Positions 22,459 through 34,885 of a stretch of DNA of 64,000 nucleotides are shown piece by piece. A program made the translations under genes and the position numbers. Below the pieces are notes generated by a model. That model was not told where the DNA came from and did not search any database. It was given only the letters and a program-made list of their open reading frames with translations. Source of the stretch: Heptranchias perlo (Eukaryota); the NCBI RefSeq assembly GCF_035084215.1, contig NC_090339.1, positions 58,900,001 to 58,964,000 of the forward strand. Direction: 5' to 3'. Positions within the stretch are counted from its first letter, which is position 1. The number at the start of each line of letters is the position of its first letter.

Positions 22459-23741
22459 TTCTAACAAGTTGTAATGCATGACCATCATCCAAGTGTTCAC
22501 CACTGTAGGTAATTTTGTAAAAAGAATTGTGTGAATTTTGTGCCTCTAAATTATTGTTGGTTTGTTTTGAACTAATAAATACCAGTTCATGTATAAGCAA
22601 ATATTCCTGTAATCAGTGCCTAAATAATGGTAAATCACTGAATCCGCAATGGTATTGCCCTAACCACAATGCATAAGAGGCAAGGGGAGGAATCTTGATT
22701 CCCTGACATTGAACAATACAGTGTTGTCAAGTAGGACCACTCCTGTACGCAGCGGCCTATACTTTGCTGTCACACGGGATTCTGTTTGCGACTGAGACGT
22801 TGTCGTCTGCAATGCTTGGAAATGTTACATCCCATTTCAAAGCGCTGAATTAGAACCAGCAGAATGAGGGTGCCTCACACATCACGTTCTGCAAAGTATG
22901 GCACTGACCGCAAAGTAACTATGCAAGTGGTCGGTGCAATCGCTGAGGGGACAGTTCGCCCATCACGAGTTCCAAGTCCTATTTTTGTTGGCTGGGGAAA
23001 AAAAAAATGAGGAGGCTAGAACTCTGCTGCAGACAGAGACGCATTGTTTGCCTTCAATTACACAAAGATATAGTACCAGTCGATATGTAAACCACAACAC
23101 TCAGGGCAACAGCAAGGGCTCGTAACAGTGGAATTAATGTCGAGTCCAAATCGCTGAAACATTTCAGGGAAGAGCACTTATGTATTGTAACATGTCATCT
23201 ATTAATATGAAGTGATCACTTTATGATCTTTTGTCTTATTCCACATAATTTTACCCAAGTGGCATCTTCAGTTTACAAAGCTGTTGAAAAAGGAATAAGG
23301 TTCTTCACAAGGTTTTTAGTGGACTGGGATTTTCCAGTCCACTAAATTGGGTTTGAAGAATTAGGACATTATAACAAAGAGTAACAGTTGACAATTTAGC
23401 AGGAGGAGCTGGTTAGTTCCCTTCGATCTATCATCTAGAGCTTCGCACTCTCAGTGTTGTCTGCCACTGGGAACCTAATTCAGGAATGCTTGGTACCGCG
23501 AACTGCAATCATCTGCAAGCCTCTCTCTTGTCAAAGAAAAAGAAAGAACTTGCATTTATATAGCATCTTTCACAACTACAGGACACCCCAAAGCACTTTA
23601 CAGCCAATTAAATACTTTTTGAACTGTAGGAAATGGAGCATTTGTCCTAAAAATGAATTCTAAAAATGAATTTGATAAAATAAAATGATTAACATGCTCG
23701 ATATTGTTGGCTGCCTTTGGACTGAGAAGTTGGAAAACTAC

Positions 23742-24180
23742 TAACAACAGCAACAATTTGCATTTATATAGTGCCTTTAACGTGGTAAAACCTCCCAAGG
23801 CGCTTCACAGGAGCGTCATCAAACAAAATTTGACACCGAGCCACATAAGGTGATATTAGGTCAGGTGACCAGAAGCTTGGACAAAGAGGTGGTTTTAAGG
23901 AGCGTGTTAAAGGAGGAGAGGGAGGTGGAGGGATGGAATCCCACAGCTTTGGGCCTAGGCAGCTGAAGGCACGGCCGCCAATGGTGGAACGATGAAAATC
24001 AGGGATGAGCAAGAGGCCAGAATTGGAGGAGCGCAGAGATCTTGGAGGATTGTAGAGCTGGAGGAGGTTACAGAGATCGGGAGGGGTCAGGCCATTGAGG
24101 GTTTGAAAAACATGGATGAGGATTTTTAAAATCGAGGCATGCCGGACCGGGGAGCCAATGTAGGTTCAGTGAGCACGGGG
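23742..24180 (-). mobile_element. L2-type LINE 3' fragment
   Basis: ORF RSTIGGRAFSCLGPKLWDSIP; (CAA)n tail. Confidence 0.85.
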
Positions 24181-24786
24181 AAAGAAAGAACTTGCATTTA
24201 TAAACTGTCTTTCACATCCTCAGGACATCCCAAAGTGCCTCACAGCCATTTTTTTTTGTGTGTACTCATTGTTATTATGTCCAATTTTTGTCAGGTAAGA
24301 GTATCGAGGGATATGACGCAAAGGCGGGGAAATGGAATTGAGGTGCAAATAAGTGATGATCTAATTGAATGGCGAAGCAGGTCTGAGGGGCTGAATGGCC
24401 TACTCCTGGTTCCTATGTTATGTAGGCAACAGCCAAAGAATTCAAGTTTCGTAACCTTTAGTACAAATGATGTTTCTCCAGTTCAAAACCGAGTTATTAT
24501 TATTCTTTGTGCTTTCAAGTAAACTCCAATGATTGAAAATCTATTTTGGGTCCATTAAGCACAACTCCACATTCTCAAGCATTGTAATCCTTCACTGTAA
24601 TCGTTTCTGATTGACTTCTGACATCAAATAGGTTTCTATATAACTATACACAGCACAGAACACAGGCCTCACTATATCACAGTATAATCTGGGGTTCTAA
24701 ATGAAACCATGATATGGGGCTAATGTTCTCCTTTCACCTGCGTGGCTTATTTTGCTAGATTTGAAAATGTTGAGGCATCCACTTAC

Positions 24787-25716
24787 CTCGCCAGGTTGAG
24801 GGAGTGTCAGCTTGGGCAACTTGCACTTGGCACTTGCTGTGCTCGGCTTTCCATCCAAGAGGCTCCCAAATGACTGGCTGCTAAAAGCATCCTCAATTTC
24901 CATTAGTGGCTTCAGCTCAGGCGACTCAATCGGGGCTTGATCTTGCCCATCCATAGGTCTCACGTAAGCAGTGGGTTTCTGCTGTACCATGCTTGACTTA
25001 GAATGAAGTCCTGGAGGGAAATTCTGAGCGGAGAGTGCGCTGCTACAAGGTATCAGGGATGTAGAAGGGGCCGGGGATCCACAAGCATGAGAAGTAGCGT
25101 CACTTTCAACAGGGGACTTTACGTGGCAAGTGTCTTTATAGGAATGATCTGCACTAGTGGGCTTGGAGTGGCTGTGCCTTTTGGAACGTGAAGTGGTATT
25201 GGGACTGGGTGACTGCGACTTAACACATTCGTCGACGCCAGCCTGGTGATCACCTTTGTGCAGCTCAGTCTGACTGCTGTATAGGTCACTGTACCTGTCC
25301 TGGGCTTGCTCGTGTGTGGAAGGATGCTTTCCTCTGCTCTGCTGATTGCTGGGCTGGCTATTAGACTGCACACTGTGTCCACTGCCAGAGCCATGTCCAC
25401 TGCGAGACCAGTCCATCCTGGATTTCTTGTTGCTCTGGTGTCCATGTAACAAAGTAGAACTCAACGACAAAGAAGAGGAAGGTGGAGGCATGCATGATGA
25501 AGAATGACTGCTACTTTGGTGGGACGGCGCCATTTTGGTTCTTGGCTCGGTGAAGAAACTCGGCTCCATTTTTTCGACAGGAGTCTGTGGAATCAAAGAC
25601 TTGGGGATCCCCACAAGGTGACTCTGGTTTGAACGGTTCGTTAACAGATCCTTCATCTCGTCATAATTCCCTAGCGTACTCTGCACACGATTTGAAAGAG
25701 CATCGCCCTTGCTGGT
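24787..25716 (-). CDS. AFF2: AFF2/FMR2 coding exon 3 (930 nt, phase 0/0), AF4/FMR2 N-terminal region including the SIAH degron KPTAYVRPM
   Basis: Translates TSKGDALSNRVQSTLGNYDEMKDLLTNRSNQSHLVGIPK...QNFPPGLHSKSSMVQQKPTAYVRPMDGQDQAP...SFGSLLDGKPSTASAKCKLPKLTLPQPGE, closest to AFF2 among AFF paralogues as I recall them. Acceptor TTTCTTTCAG at 25726-25717; donor GAG|GTAAGT at 24786-24781. Confidence 0.93.
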
Positions 25717-27939
25717 CTGAAAGAAATTAGATGGCATACAAAACTAAACAATAATTATTTTAATATAGCACAATGAAAAATCCTTGTATTACATAGGATC
25801 CTGATTCAGCTATCCTGACCAGGAATCATTTGTTCACCACATGACTTCAGATTATCTAGCTTGTTTTGTATATTGTGTAATAGTTACGGTATTGAACTGA
25901 TAACCCAAAAATCAATAAATCTGATCATTTGTGGGGGTAGGGTAGTCATAAAAAAAAACCCAATTGGTTTGCTAGTGCCCTTCAGGGAAGGGAAGATGCC
26001 ACCGCCACCCATCCTGGCACACACGTGACTTCAGTCTCACATGGTGCGGTTGACTCTTAATGCCCACTGAAGTGGCCAAACAAGCTACTCAGCTGTTAAA
26101 ACAAATCGCTATGTTGAAGAAGGACCCCATCTCCCTTACCATGGACGGGCAATAATTAAGGGCATCGCGGGCATCACCAGCATCTTGAGACCAAACAGAA
26201 AAGTTGATTTGGGATTCGCCAACTGTCTGTTTGAAACAGACTATCCAGAGCAAGGCATCCCACTTCTGCCATGTTACTGATAATGCCAGAGGATGTAAAC
26301 CCAATCCTTCGAAGGTCATTCACTTAGCCCTCTGGTTAGTTGCCAACAGCACAATTCTCTTTGAAGATCGCATGCAAAAAGGCAGCAGAATAAACACCCA
26401 GTGAACCAGTCTTTGATTTTCTACCTTTTAAGTGTGGGAACAATACTGCTAAGGATTGAGAGGTTGGGGTTAAACATTAAACACTTGGCTACATAAATTG
26501 TACTTGTTAGGAAGAAAGACTTAAAATAAATTTTTAAATGTGTGTATTTATCAGCCCTGAGTCAAATGATATGACAGTCATATTACAATCAATAAAGTGC
26601 TATTTTTGATACTTTCTTTCTATTCATCATAAGCTCAGAAGATTTGTGCTGCAAATAATACAGTCACATTGTAAAAATACTTCAGTAGTACTACTTACCC
26701 ACTTACTAGGACTAGATAGCACTGGAATCGGAAAAGATTGGTGGGGGCTTTCAAATGATGGACATGTAACTACACTTTGCTATCAGCAGTTAAACACACG
26801 CCAGCAGGAAAATTGGACAGCTTGTTACACGCACACTAAAGCTACTATTTGGGTGTTTTGGTCGATAACTGGTAGGTATGAGAAAATAACTATCCTACAC
26901 AAGCCGAACAAGTTGATCAAAGTGTAAGAGATGATTTTTTTTTTCTTGTTGAACTTGTCAGCCCTTCACTTCTTACAGGAGTAAGAATGCTGTTTCAGTC
27001 AGGGCTTTTTTTTTTGTTGTTGTCTCCAACACAAGGACCAATAGATTGGATCCCTGTAGAATCTTCACTCCCAGCCTGTTTTTGAGAAGCTAGTGTCAGG
27101 CCACGAAGAGTGATGGACAGATGTTGAGCTGTGCTGATCTGCACTCCGGGTGTCCCTGGTATTAGTTTCTGCCCTGCACCCACCCCCCCCACCACCACCC
27201 CTCTCCCTTTGCTATGCTGCAACTCTTGACACCTCAAAGATAGAACTTGCTGATAAGATCCACCTCCGAAATGTTGGTTAAGCTCCGCAAATTTAATGTC
27301 AAAAATATTACTTACAACCTCAGACACGGATCAACATTGGCAGCCACAATATTCTGTGTCAATATGGGGAGGGCAGGCCACTGTATTTTTACACCCACTC
27401 CGCAGTGTATCCCTCTCACCTACAAGTGAAGCCGTTAATTCATTGACACCTTCTTTAAATCCAATTTTTTTTTCCCTCTGTGCAGCAGCTAGGAAGAAAA
27501 TATTGCTTTCACCTAAAGAGGCCTGGCATCCTTGAATGCCCCAACAGTCTGCTCGATTCCTCTAATTCAGAGCTGGGAACCATGAGGGCCTTGGTTCCTT
27601 GGCTCTCGTTTTCTTAGTTCTAACTCCGATCGAAAATGTTGCAATTTGGTCACCAACAAGGAATTTTATTCAAAGCCGATCTTGTAACGTAAATTAGCTA
27701 AATTTGGGAACTGGATATGTGGTGATTTTCTCACACATTGCCCGAATTTAACAGAAATTGCTGCAAATTGATTAATAGATGGCATGATTCAAAGGGAATC
27801 AGAGTATTAAAATTCTATCACTAAAATTTTTCCGTTCTTAATGTGCAAACAAGGTAAAAGTAAGGAACAGCCAAACACCTCTAGAAATAACACCAAAGTT
27901 AAGCTGAAATAACTTTTTAACGCATTTGGACCAGGCTAC

Positions 27940-28060
27940 CTTGTAGGGTTCACTGAATAGATTAAAACTTGAAGCAAACAGATCTTCATCTTGATGGGCT
28001 TCCTGGTTCCGTCTTTCCCACTCCTTCCTTCGCAGCGCATTCCGATCCTGTTCGTAGTGA
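27940..28060 (-). CDS. AFF2: AFF2/FMR2 coding exon 2 (121 nt; not in the ORF track)
   Basis: T+CAC TAC GAA CAG GAT CGG... = [40 protein letters not shown]. Acceptor TCTGTTGCAG at 28070-28061; donor AAG|GTAGCC at 27939. Ends in phase 0, in frame with exon 3. The HYEQDR start matches AFF2. Confidence 0.93.
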
Positions 28061-28234
28061 CTGCAACAGACATTGGGGAGAGGACATTTAAAGACACGAA
28101 TGCGGAGCGTCAGTTAGCCAAGAGCTTTGCGGAGCTGACAGACTAGCGCGACAGATGATAGATCAAATTTTATGTCTGTCGAGTAAAGTGCCAAAGCATC
28201 AGGTCCCTTGATGCGCTGAACAACTCATTTTCAT

Positions 28235-28290
28235 GGGAGGGGAGGGGAGGAGGGGGTGGATGGGGGGAGGGGAGGGAAGGGGGCGGTTTG
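28235..28290 (+). repeat. G-rich tract (potential G-quadruplex) ~180 nt upstream of the AFF2 exon 2 acceptor
   Basis: GGGAGGGGAGGGGAGGAGGGGGTGGATGGGGGGAGGGGAGGGAAGGGGGCGG: at least 7 G-runs of 3 or more. Confidence 0.6.
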
Positions 28291-28964
28291 GAGGAAGAGA
28301 CAATTAAAACCTTGAAGAAAAATAAAAAAACAAAGAAGGATACAGGCTCCAACTTGCAATGACAACCCTCAGGAGACATGCAGCAAGGGACACTTTTGTG
28401 CATTCAGCCTACATTGATTTGTTATGAGCTTTTGGCTGCATTTGGTATCAGTTAATTAGTGAACAAATTCGAGATGACAATTTAAATAGTGGATTGCACA
28501 CACTGATGTTATCTGTCGCAAGTAAAACCCAACATCTGCTGCCTTCTGCACAGCACAAATAACTAATATTAATATCTGTGGCAAAAGTGAGGCACTTAGT
28601 CTCTGCTGTGGTCAACGGCAGTTTAAAGATAACTAAAGAACTCCAACCAATTTACCAGCATTGTAAATAGATCTACTGAAGGCTTCGTACAGTGAGCTGT
28701 AATGGGGAATGAACCGTATTGCTCCGAGGATTAGATACTACAGCCATCCCTCCTTCAGCATTAAAACGTAATTTATTAATTTGAAACGGTGGCTAATTAA
28801 ACTTGTGGTTGATCATTTAGCCCATTTGTTCTGTTCGCTGCTGCAATGTTTACAATTATATAAGCATGTCAACTGTAATCAGCCTTTTAGAGTAATCAAG
28901 AGGAGCGTGGTTCTGTTTTGTTCTGATGCATCAGTTTGTCCTTCGCCTTATGGACTGTAACTCA

Positions 28965-31779
28965 GGGCTGGATCTTGCTGGAATAATAACGGCGTGTTAA
29001 CGACGCACGCCATTATTAATGCGCAAATCGGCCAGCGGGTTCAGGGGATTAAGAGATACGCCGTGAGTTGCAAGCCTCCAGAGCTTTGCACAAATAGCAT
29101 CTTGCCCTTAGCCACCCTGTTATTTTTAAGAACTTGCTGGATTTGCACATTAATTGCCCATTAAACTCGCTGCAGAAAGTTATGTCTGGTAATTAAGAGC
29201 GTAAGTACCCTTTTAACGACATGATCGTTGTTAATGCAATGCCAATCAACCTCTGTGGCCCAGAAAGGGAACAATTTAAAGTGTTCCGTCCCATTCCTGC
29301 ATGTAGTAAATTCTTCTTAGAGATTTTAAAAATGTAGCATTTTTTCAGGTTTTTTTGTCTCTCCCTTAACCCAATCTTTCTTTCCCTCTCTTTATTTCTT
29401 TCTGTACCTGATTTGACTCTAATTCACCCTCCTTCTCAGTCCTAGAATCATAGAATGGTTACAGCACAGAAGGAGGCTATTCAGCCCATTGAGCCCATGC
29501 TGGCTCTTTGTAAGAGCAATCCAGTTAGTCCCATTCTCCCGCTCTTTCCCTGTAGCCCTGCAAATTTTTTCCCTGCAAGTGTTTATCCAATTCCTTTTTG
29601 AAAGCCACAATTGAATCTTCTTCCACCACCCTTTCAGGCAGAGCATTCTAGATCGTAACTACTCGCTGCTTAAAAAAGTTTTCCCTCATGTCGCCTTTGG
29701 TTCTTTTGCCAATCACCTTAAATCTATCTCCTCAGGTTCACGGCCATTCTGCCAATGGGAACAGTTTCTCTTTATTTGCTTTATCTAAACAATTCATGAT
29801 TTTGAACACTTCTATCAAATCTCCTCTTAACCTTCTCTGCTCTAAGGAGAACAACCCCAGCTTCTCCAGTCTATCCACGCAACTGAAGTCCCTCATCCCT
29901 GGAACCACTCTAGTAAATCTTTTCTGCACCCTCTCTAAGACCTTCACATCCTTCCTAAAGTGCAGTGCCCAGAATTGAACACAATACTCCAGTTGTGGCC
30001 AAACCATTGTTTTATAAAGATTCAGCATAACTTCCTTGTTTTTGTACTCTATGCCTCTATTTATAAAGCCCAGGACCCCACATGCTTTTTTAACCTCTTT
30101 TTCAACCTGTCCTGCCACCTTCAATGATTTGTGCACATATACCCCCAGGTCTCTCTGTTCCTGCACCCCCTTTAGAATTGTACCATTTAGTTTATATTGC
30201 CTCTTCTCGTTCTTCCTGTCAAAATGTATCACTTCGTACTTTTCTGCATTAACTTTCATCTGTCAAGTGTCCATCCATTTCACCTGCCTGACTATATCCT
30301 CTTGCAGAAAATTAATATCCTCCTCACTGTTTACTACACTTCCAAGTTTTGTGTCATCTGCAAATTTTGAAATTGTGCCCCATACGCCCAAGTTCACGTC
30401 ATTAATATATATCAAAAAAAGCAGAGATCCCAGTACCGACCCCTGGGGAACACCACTGTACACCTCCCTCCAGTCTGAAAAACAACCGTTCAACATCTAT
30501 TTCCTGTCACCTAGCCAATTTCGTACCCATGCTGCCACTGCCGCTTTTATTCCATGGGCTTCAATTTTGCTAACAAGCTCATTATGTGGCACTTTATCAA
30601 CCGCCTTTTGAAAGTCCATATACACAACATCAACCTCATCAATCCTCTCTGTTATCTTATCAAAAAACTCAATCAAGTTAGTTAAACGCGATCTGCCTTT
30701 AACAAATCCGTGCTGGCTTTCCTTTATTAATCCACACTTGTCCAAGTGACTATTACTTTTGTCCCAGATTATCGTTTCTAAAAGCTTCCCCAGCACCGAG
30801 GTTAAACTGACTGGCCTGTTGTTGCCGGGTTTATCCTTACACCCTTTTTTGAACAAGGGTGTAACATTTGCAATTCTCCAGTCTTCTGCCACCAACCCCA
30901 TATCTAAGGAGGATTGGAATATTATGGCCAGCAACTCTGCAATTCCCACCCTTACTTCCCTCAGCAACCTAGGATGCATCTGGGCCTGGTGACTTTTCTA
31001 CTTTAAGTACAGCCAGCCTTGTTAGTACCTCCTCTTTATCAATTTTTAGCCCATCCAGTATCTCAACTACCTCCTCTTTTACTGTGACTTTGGCAGCATC
31101 TTCTTCCTTGGTAAAGACAGATGCAAAGTACTCATTTAGTACCTCAGCCATGCCCTCTGCCTCCATGCATAGATCTCCTTTTTGGTCCCTAACCATCCCC
31201 ATCCTTCCTCTTGCAACCTGTTTACTATTTAAATGCCTATAGAAGACATTTGGATTCCCTTTTATGTTAGACACCAGTCTAATCTCATACTCTCTCTGCC
31301 GCTCTTATTTCCTTTTTCACTTCTCCTCTGTAGTTTCTATGTTCAGCCTGGTTCACACTTGTATTATCAACCTGACATCTGTCATACGCTCCCTTTTTCT
31401 GCTTCATCTTACTCTCTATCTCTTTCGCCATCCAGAAAGCTCTGGCTTTGGTTGCCCTACCTCTCCCCCTCGTGGAAATGTACCTGGACCGTACCCGAAC
31501 CATCTCCTCCTTAAAGGCCGCCCATTGTTCGATTACAGTTTTGACTGCCAATCTTTGATTCCAATTTACCCGGGCCTTCCTCTGTTTATTTCTCAATCCT
31601 TAAATCTCCTTGGTTGAGGAGATAGACTGTTGGTCCCGCCATTCACTAAGGTCCCAGATGCTCCTTTGCCCCCGTTATCAGCTCGCACTGCGCAAAAAAA
31701 TTGCGAGCTGAAGGGCGCAGGAAAAAGTCTAACTAACGACACACACCGCGAGATGCCCCACTCCAGCAAGATCCGGCCC
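28965..31779. mobile_element. ~680-bp non-autonomous DNA transposon split by a CR1 insertion
   Basis: TIRs GGGCTGGATCTTGCTGGA (28965) / TCCAGCAAGATCCGGCCC (31779); halves 28965-29442 and ~31576-31779 are collinear with the uninterrupted copy at 46479-47100. Confidence 0.75.
29443..31575 (-). mobile_element. CR1 LINE, 5'-truncated, disrupted ORF2
   Basis: KSPGPD, HPRLLRE, WRIANVTPLFKKG, QHGFVKGRS, GVPQGSVLG, KFADDTKL, RRLRGDLIEVFK; (TTCTATGA)n-type 3' end. Confidence 0.92.
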
Positions 31780-32496
31780 ATAAACTTTTCAAGAGAATAG
31801 CGAAAGAAAATGAAAGGGTGTTGACGCGTAATAGCGGACAGGTGATCATCGGCAAATGAATGCTTAATGCGTCCCCGTGACATTCCTCTGTCCGCTATGG
31901 TGACACAGGCATTAACCCGTTTGTTCTGAATGGGTTAATGCCTCCGCCAAAAACCGCAGACAAGGGGATTGTCTTACGAGTACGTTAAGCTTAGACCTGT
32001 TGACAGTAATTTCTATGATCAGACATTTTAAGAAAAGCTGCCTGCCCATCCGAGGCATTTTTGAAATAGTGAAACCACATTTAAGGGATAATGAACACGA
32101 CGATGTGCAATAATTAGTGAGTAATATACCTGAGGATTAGATCGGGCATGTTCCAAAGTCAAGTACTTAAAATACCTTCAGGAGTGCATTCATCATTTTG
32201 TCACATCATTGATAAGTGTTGCTGTCTTCGTGGTTTACCCAGTTTGAGCTCTTTGCAGAATATGTTTTAAATACATTAGGATTTTGACCAATGTTTGCAT
32301 CCTCTCCAATAACGGTGCTGCATCAAATCCCAGTTTTCACGGTGTCAAATATTGTTTGGTAACGTTCCTGTGAAGCACCTTGGGACATTTTACTATGTTA
32401 AAGGTGCTATATAAATGCAAATTTTTGGTGGGTGGTGCTTTCCCCAGAGAACTTCTCACCGAGCCTAGCTGAGTCACCTGAGAAAGAGACCGAAAT

Positions 32497-33195
32497 AAGA
32501 AAGAAAGACTGGCATTTATATCATGCCTTTCACAACATTAGGATGTCCCAAAGCGCTTTACAGTCACTGAATTACTTCTGAAGAGTAGTCACTGTTGTAA
32601 TGTAGGAAACGTGGCAGCCAATTTGTGCACAGCAACGTCCCACAAACAGCAATGAGATAAATGACCAGATAATCTGTTGTAGTAACGTTTGTTGAGGGAT
32701 AAATATTGGCCTCAGCGAGAATTCCCCTGCTCTTCTTCGAATAGTGCCATGGGATCCTCTATGCCCACCTGAGAGGACAGACGAGGCCTCAGTTTAATGT
32801 CTCATCCGAAAGACGGCACCTCTGACGGTGCAGCACTCCCTCAGTACAGCACTGGGAGCATCAGCTGAGATTATGGGGGTGATTTTAAACCCCAAGAACG
32901 GGTGGGTTGGGGGAGGTGGGAGTTGAAAATAGTTGGTTTTTTGGGTCGCAACCGCAAAATTTTCGGACTTTGCATTCCCAGCGGGAAGCCTGTACTTTTA
33001 CGCACCGACGTTAAACCCGGAAATAAAGCCGGGTTGCGGTCGCCACCCAAAAAACAACTATTTTTAAATCCCACCGCCCCCCCAACCCACCTGTTCTTGG
33101 GGTTTACAATCACCCCCTATATGTTAAAGTTTCTGAAATGGGACTTGAACCCAGGACCTTCTAAGCGAGAGGCAGAGCACAACCCACCGAGCTAG
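32497..33195 (-). mobile_element. DeuSINE, full length, interrupted by a MITE
   Basis: Tail AAGAAAGAAAGACTGGCATTTATAT; Deu domain CATCCGAAAGACGGCACCTC; head resumes GGACTTGAACCC after 33120. Confidence 0.85.
32875..33117. mobile_element. MITE (PIF/Harbinger-like), copy 2
   Basis: Same TIR as 11710-11947; 3-bp TSD TAT/TAT (32872-32874, 33118-33120) confirmed by the interrupted SINE. Confidence 0.85.
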
Positions 33196-34127
33196 GCAGT
33201 GGTGTTGATGGTGTGGTGTCTGTGGGGAAATCCATGGGGTTAGGACCATCCTTCTAACCTACTTGAAGAAGAAAAGGACGAGGACCTGTTGTTTGACTAA
33301 TGTTGCCAAGTGGCTTTGGTTGCCTGCTATGCTATAGCAAACGTTTTGAGTTTGACAAATATTAACATTTGTGATGTATTTGTATATTTGTTATAGTTAA
33401 TGTAAGATGTTTGACCTTCTACTCTTCTAACTGAGAAAATACCAACACTGTAAGAGGGTGACTTAAGTAGGAGAAAATGTGGACCCATGGGAAGGGGAAT
33501 GGGAGGGAAAGAGAATAAATCACCCAATCAGGTGCGGGTACAATGGATTCCGAACAATACTCTTGCATTTATAACGATATTTATTTCAACTTTTAAGGAT
33601 TTCTCATAGCAAGATACAAATCAAAAATAATCCTCTAATACAGGAACACCAAAACCGTACACACAAAACAATAACAAGGAAAATAAATTGAGCAGACCGA
33701 ATCAAAGCACCACAGCCTAGAAAGTACTATTAGCAACATTAGCAGGCAAATGCATAACACATTCAAGTGTTGTTTCTCTGCATTCTTAATGTTGGTGCTG
33801 CCACCATTAAAATGCACGACAGCCGAATGTCATACAAATGCATTCAGGGTTTGTACGATAATATTGACAACGGTCGTTTCTGATATCCTGCAACGTGTAA
33901 GCCAGAATGAAGCAAAGGGTCGGTGCCAGCGCTCCGCGATGCTGTGGTAATATTACCTAGAGGGAGTGTCAGTAAATCAAATTATTCCACCCTGAACCAG
34001 ATCCAAGCTTCACCTTCGATGGAGACGCTCCAACTTTTTATAAATAGAATTAAAATAACTAACTCAATTCCACAGGCCTGGAGAAAATCAGATCCAACTG
34101 CAATCTCAAGGAAAGGAACAAGTCTTA

Positions 34128-34646
34128 TCTATATATATAAAATATACCTACATTTTACATATTTATATAGTTTATAAATATATTAAAAATATAATTATAT
34201 TTCAAAATATATATGAATACATGCTTTTTATCCATCTATATGCTTTATATATATCTATATACTTTATAAATATATTTTATATATATATTTATATATATAT
34301 TTTTAGTATACATATATATATATATACATATACACACATAAGTCTTGCACCTAGTTTGCATCTGTCACACTCGAGATGCCACACTTCAAAGTGTCACACT
34401 TTGTCACCGATGCAAACCAATTTTAAAAAGAAAGACATTCATTTCAAACCAGGTTCTTCTGACTACAAGGAATTGCAATTGCCCTCTGAGTGACCACACA
34501 TGTTCACAAGCAGAGACAATTACCTGGATTTTCAGGGAGTGCCTGAGCATTGGCCTTAAAGGGACAGGTCTGGTTCGCACCAGAATATCACAGCCATGCT
34601 CCAGACTCCAGACTGACCATGACCAACATCACAGGAAATCTGCTAG
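34128..34646 (+). mobile_element. Probable non-autonomous Helitron, copy 1 (with expanded AT microsatellite)
   Basis: A|TCTATATATATAAAA start, AAGTCTTGC, TGTCACACTT repeats, decayed hairpin CCATGA..TCACAGG, CTAG|T end. Confidence 0.55.
34130..34340. repeat. AT-rich degenerate (TA)n microsatellite
   Basis: TATATATA-rich tract. Confidence 0.85.
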
Positions 34647-34769
34647 TATTCACAACAGGACAAAATTATTTCACATTAAAGTATGGCTGGAGATATGGTA
34701 ATGGACATAATCTGTCACAACGCCAATTGCACTTAAATGGGAAAACATAAAATTGTAAGATATCAGTTT

Positions 34770-34885
34770 ATGCAGCGGTTCAAGAAGGCGGCTCACCACC
34801 ATCTTCTCGAGGGCAATTAGGGATGGGCAATAAATGCCGGCCTTGCCAGCGACGCCCACATCCCATGAACGAATTTAAAAAAAAA
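34770..34885 (+). mobile_element. 3' terminus of the third LINE family
   Basis: GCAGCGGTTCAAGAAGGCGGCTCACCACC...GGGCAATTAGGGATGGGCAATAAATGC...AAAAAAAAA. Confidence 0.75.

Noticed and set aside
1-24786. AFF2 exon 4 (expected ~VSLPSDPSCVEEILR)
   Set aside because: Not found by eye; presumed to lie beyond the left edge. A tBLASTn search would settle it.
24697-25737. 346-aa ORF as a stand-alone gene
   Set aside because: Its first 7 residues and C-terminal tail are intronic read-through; splice sites define exon 25716-24787.
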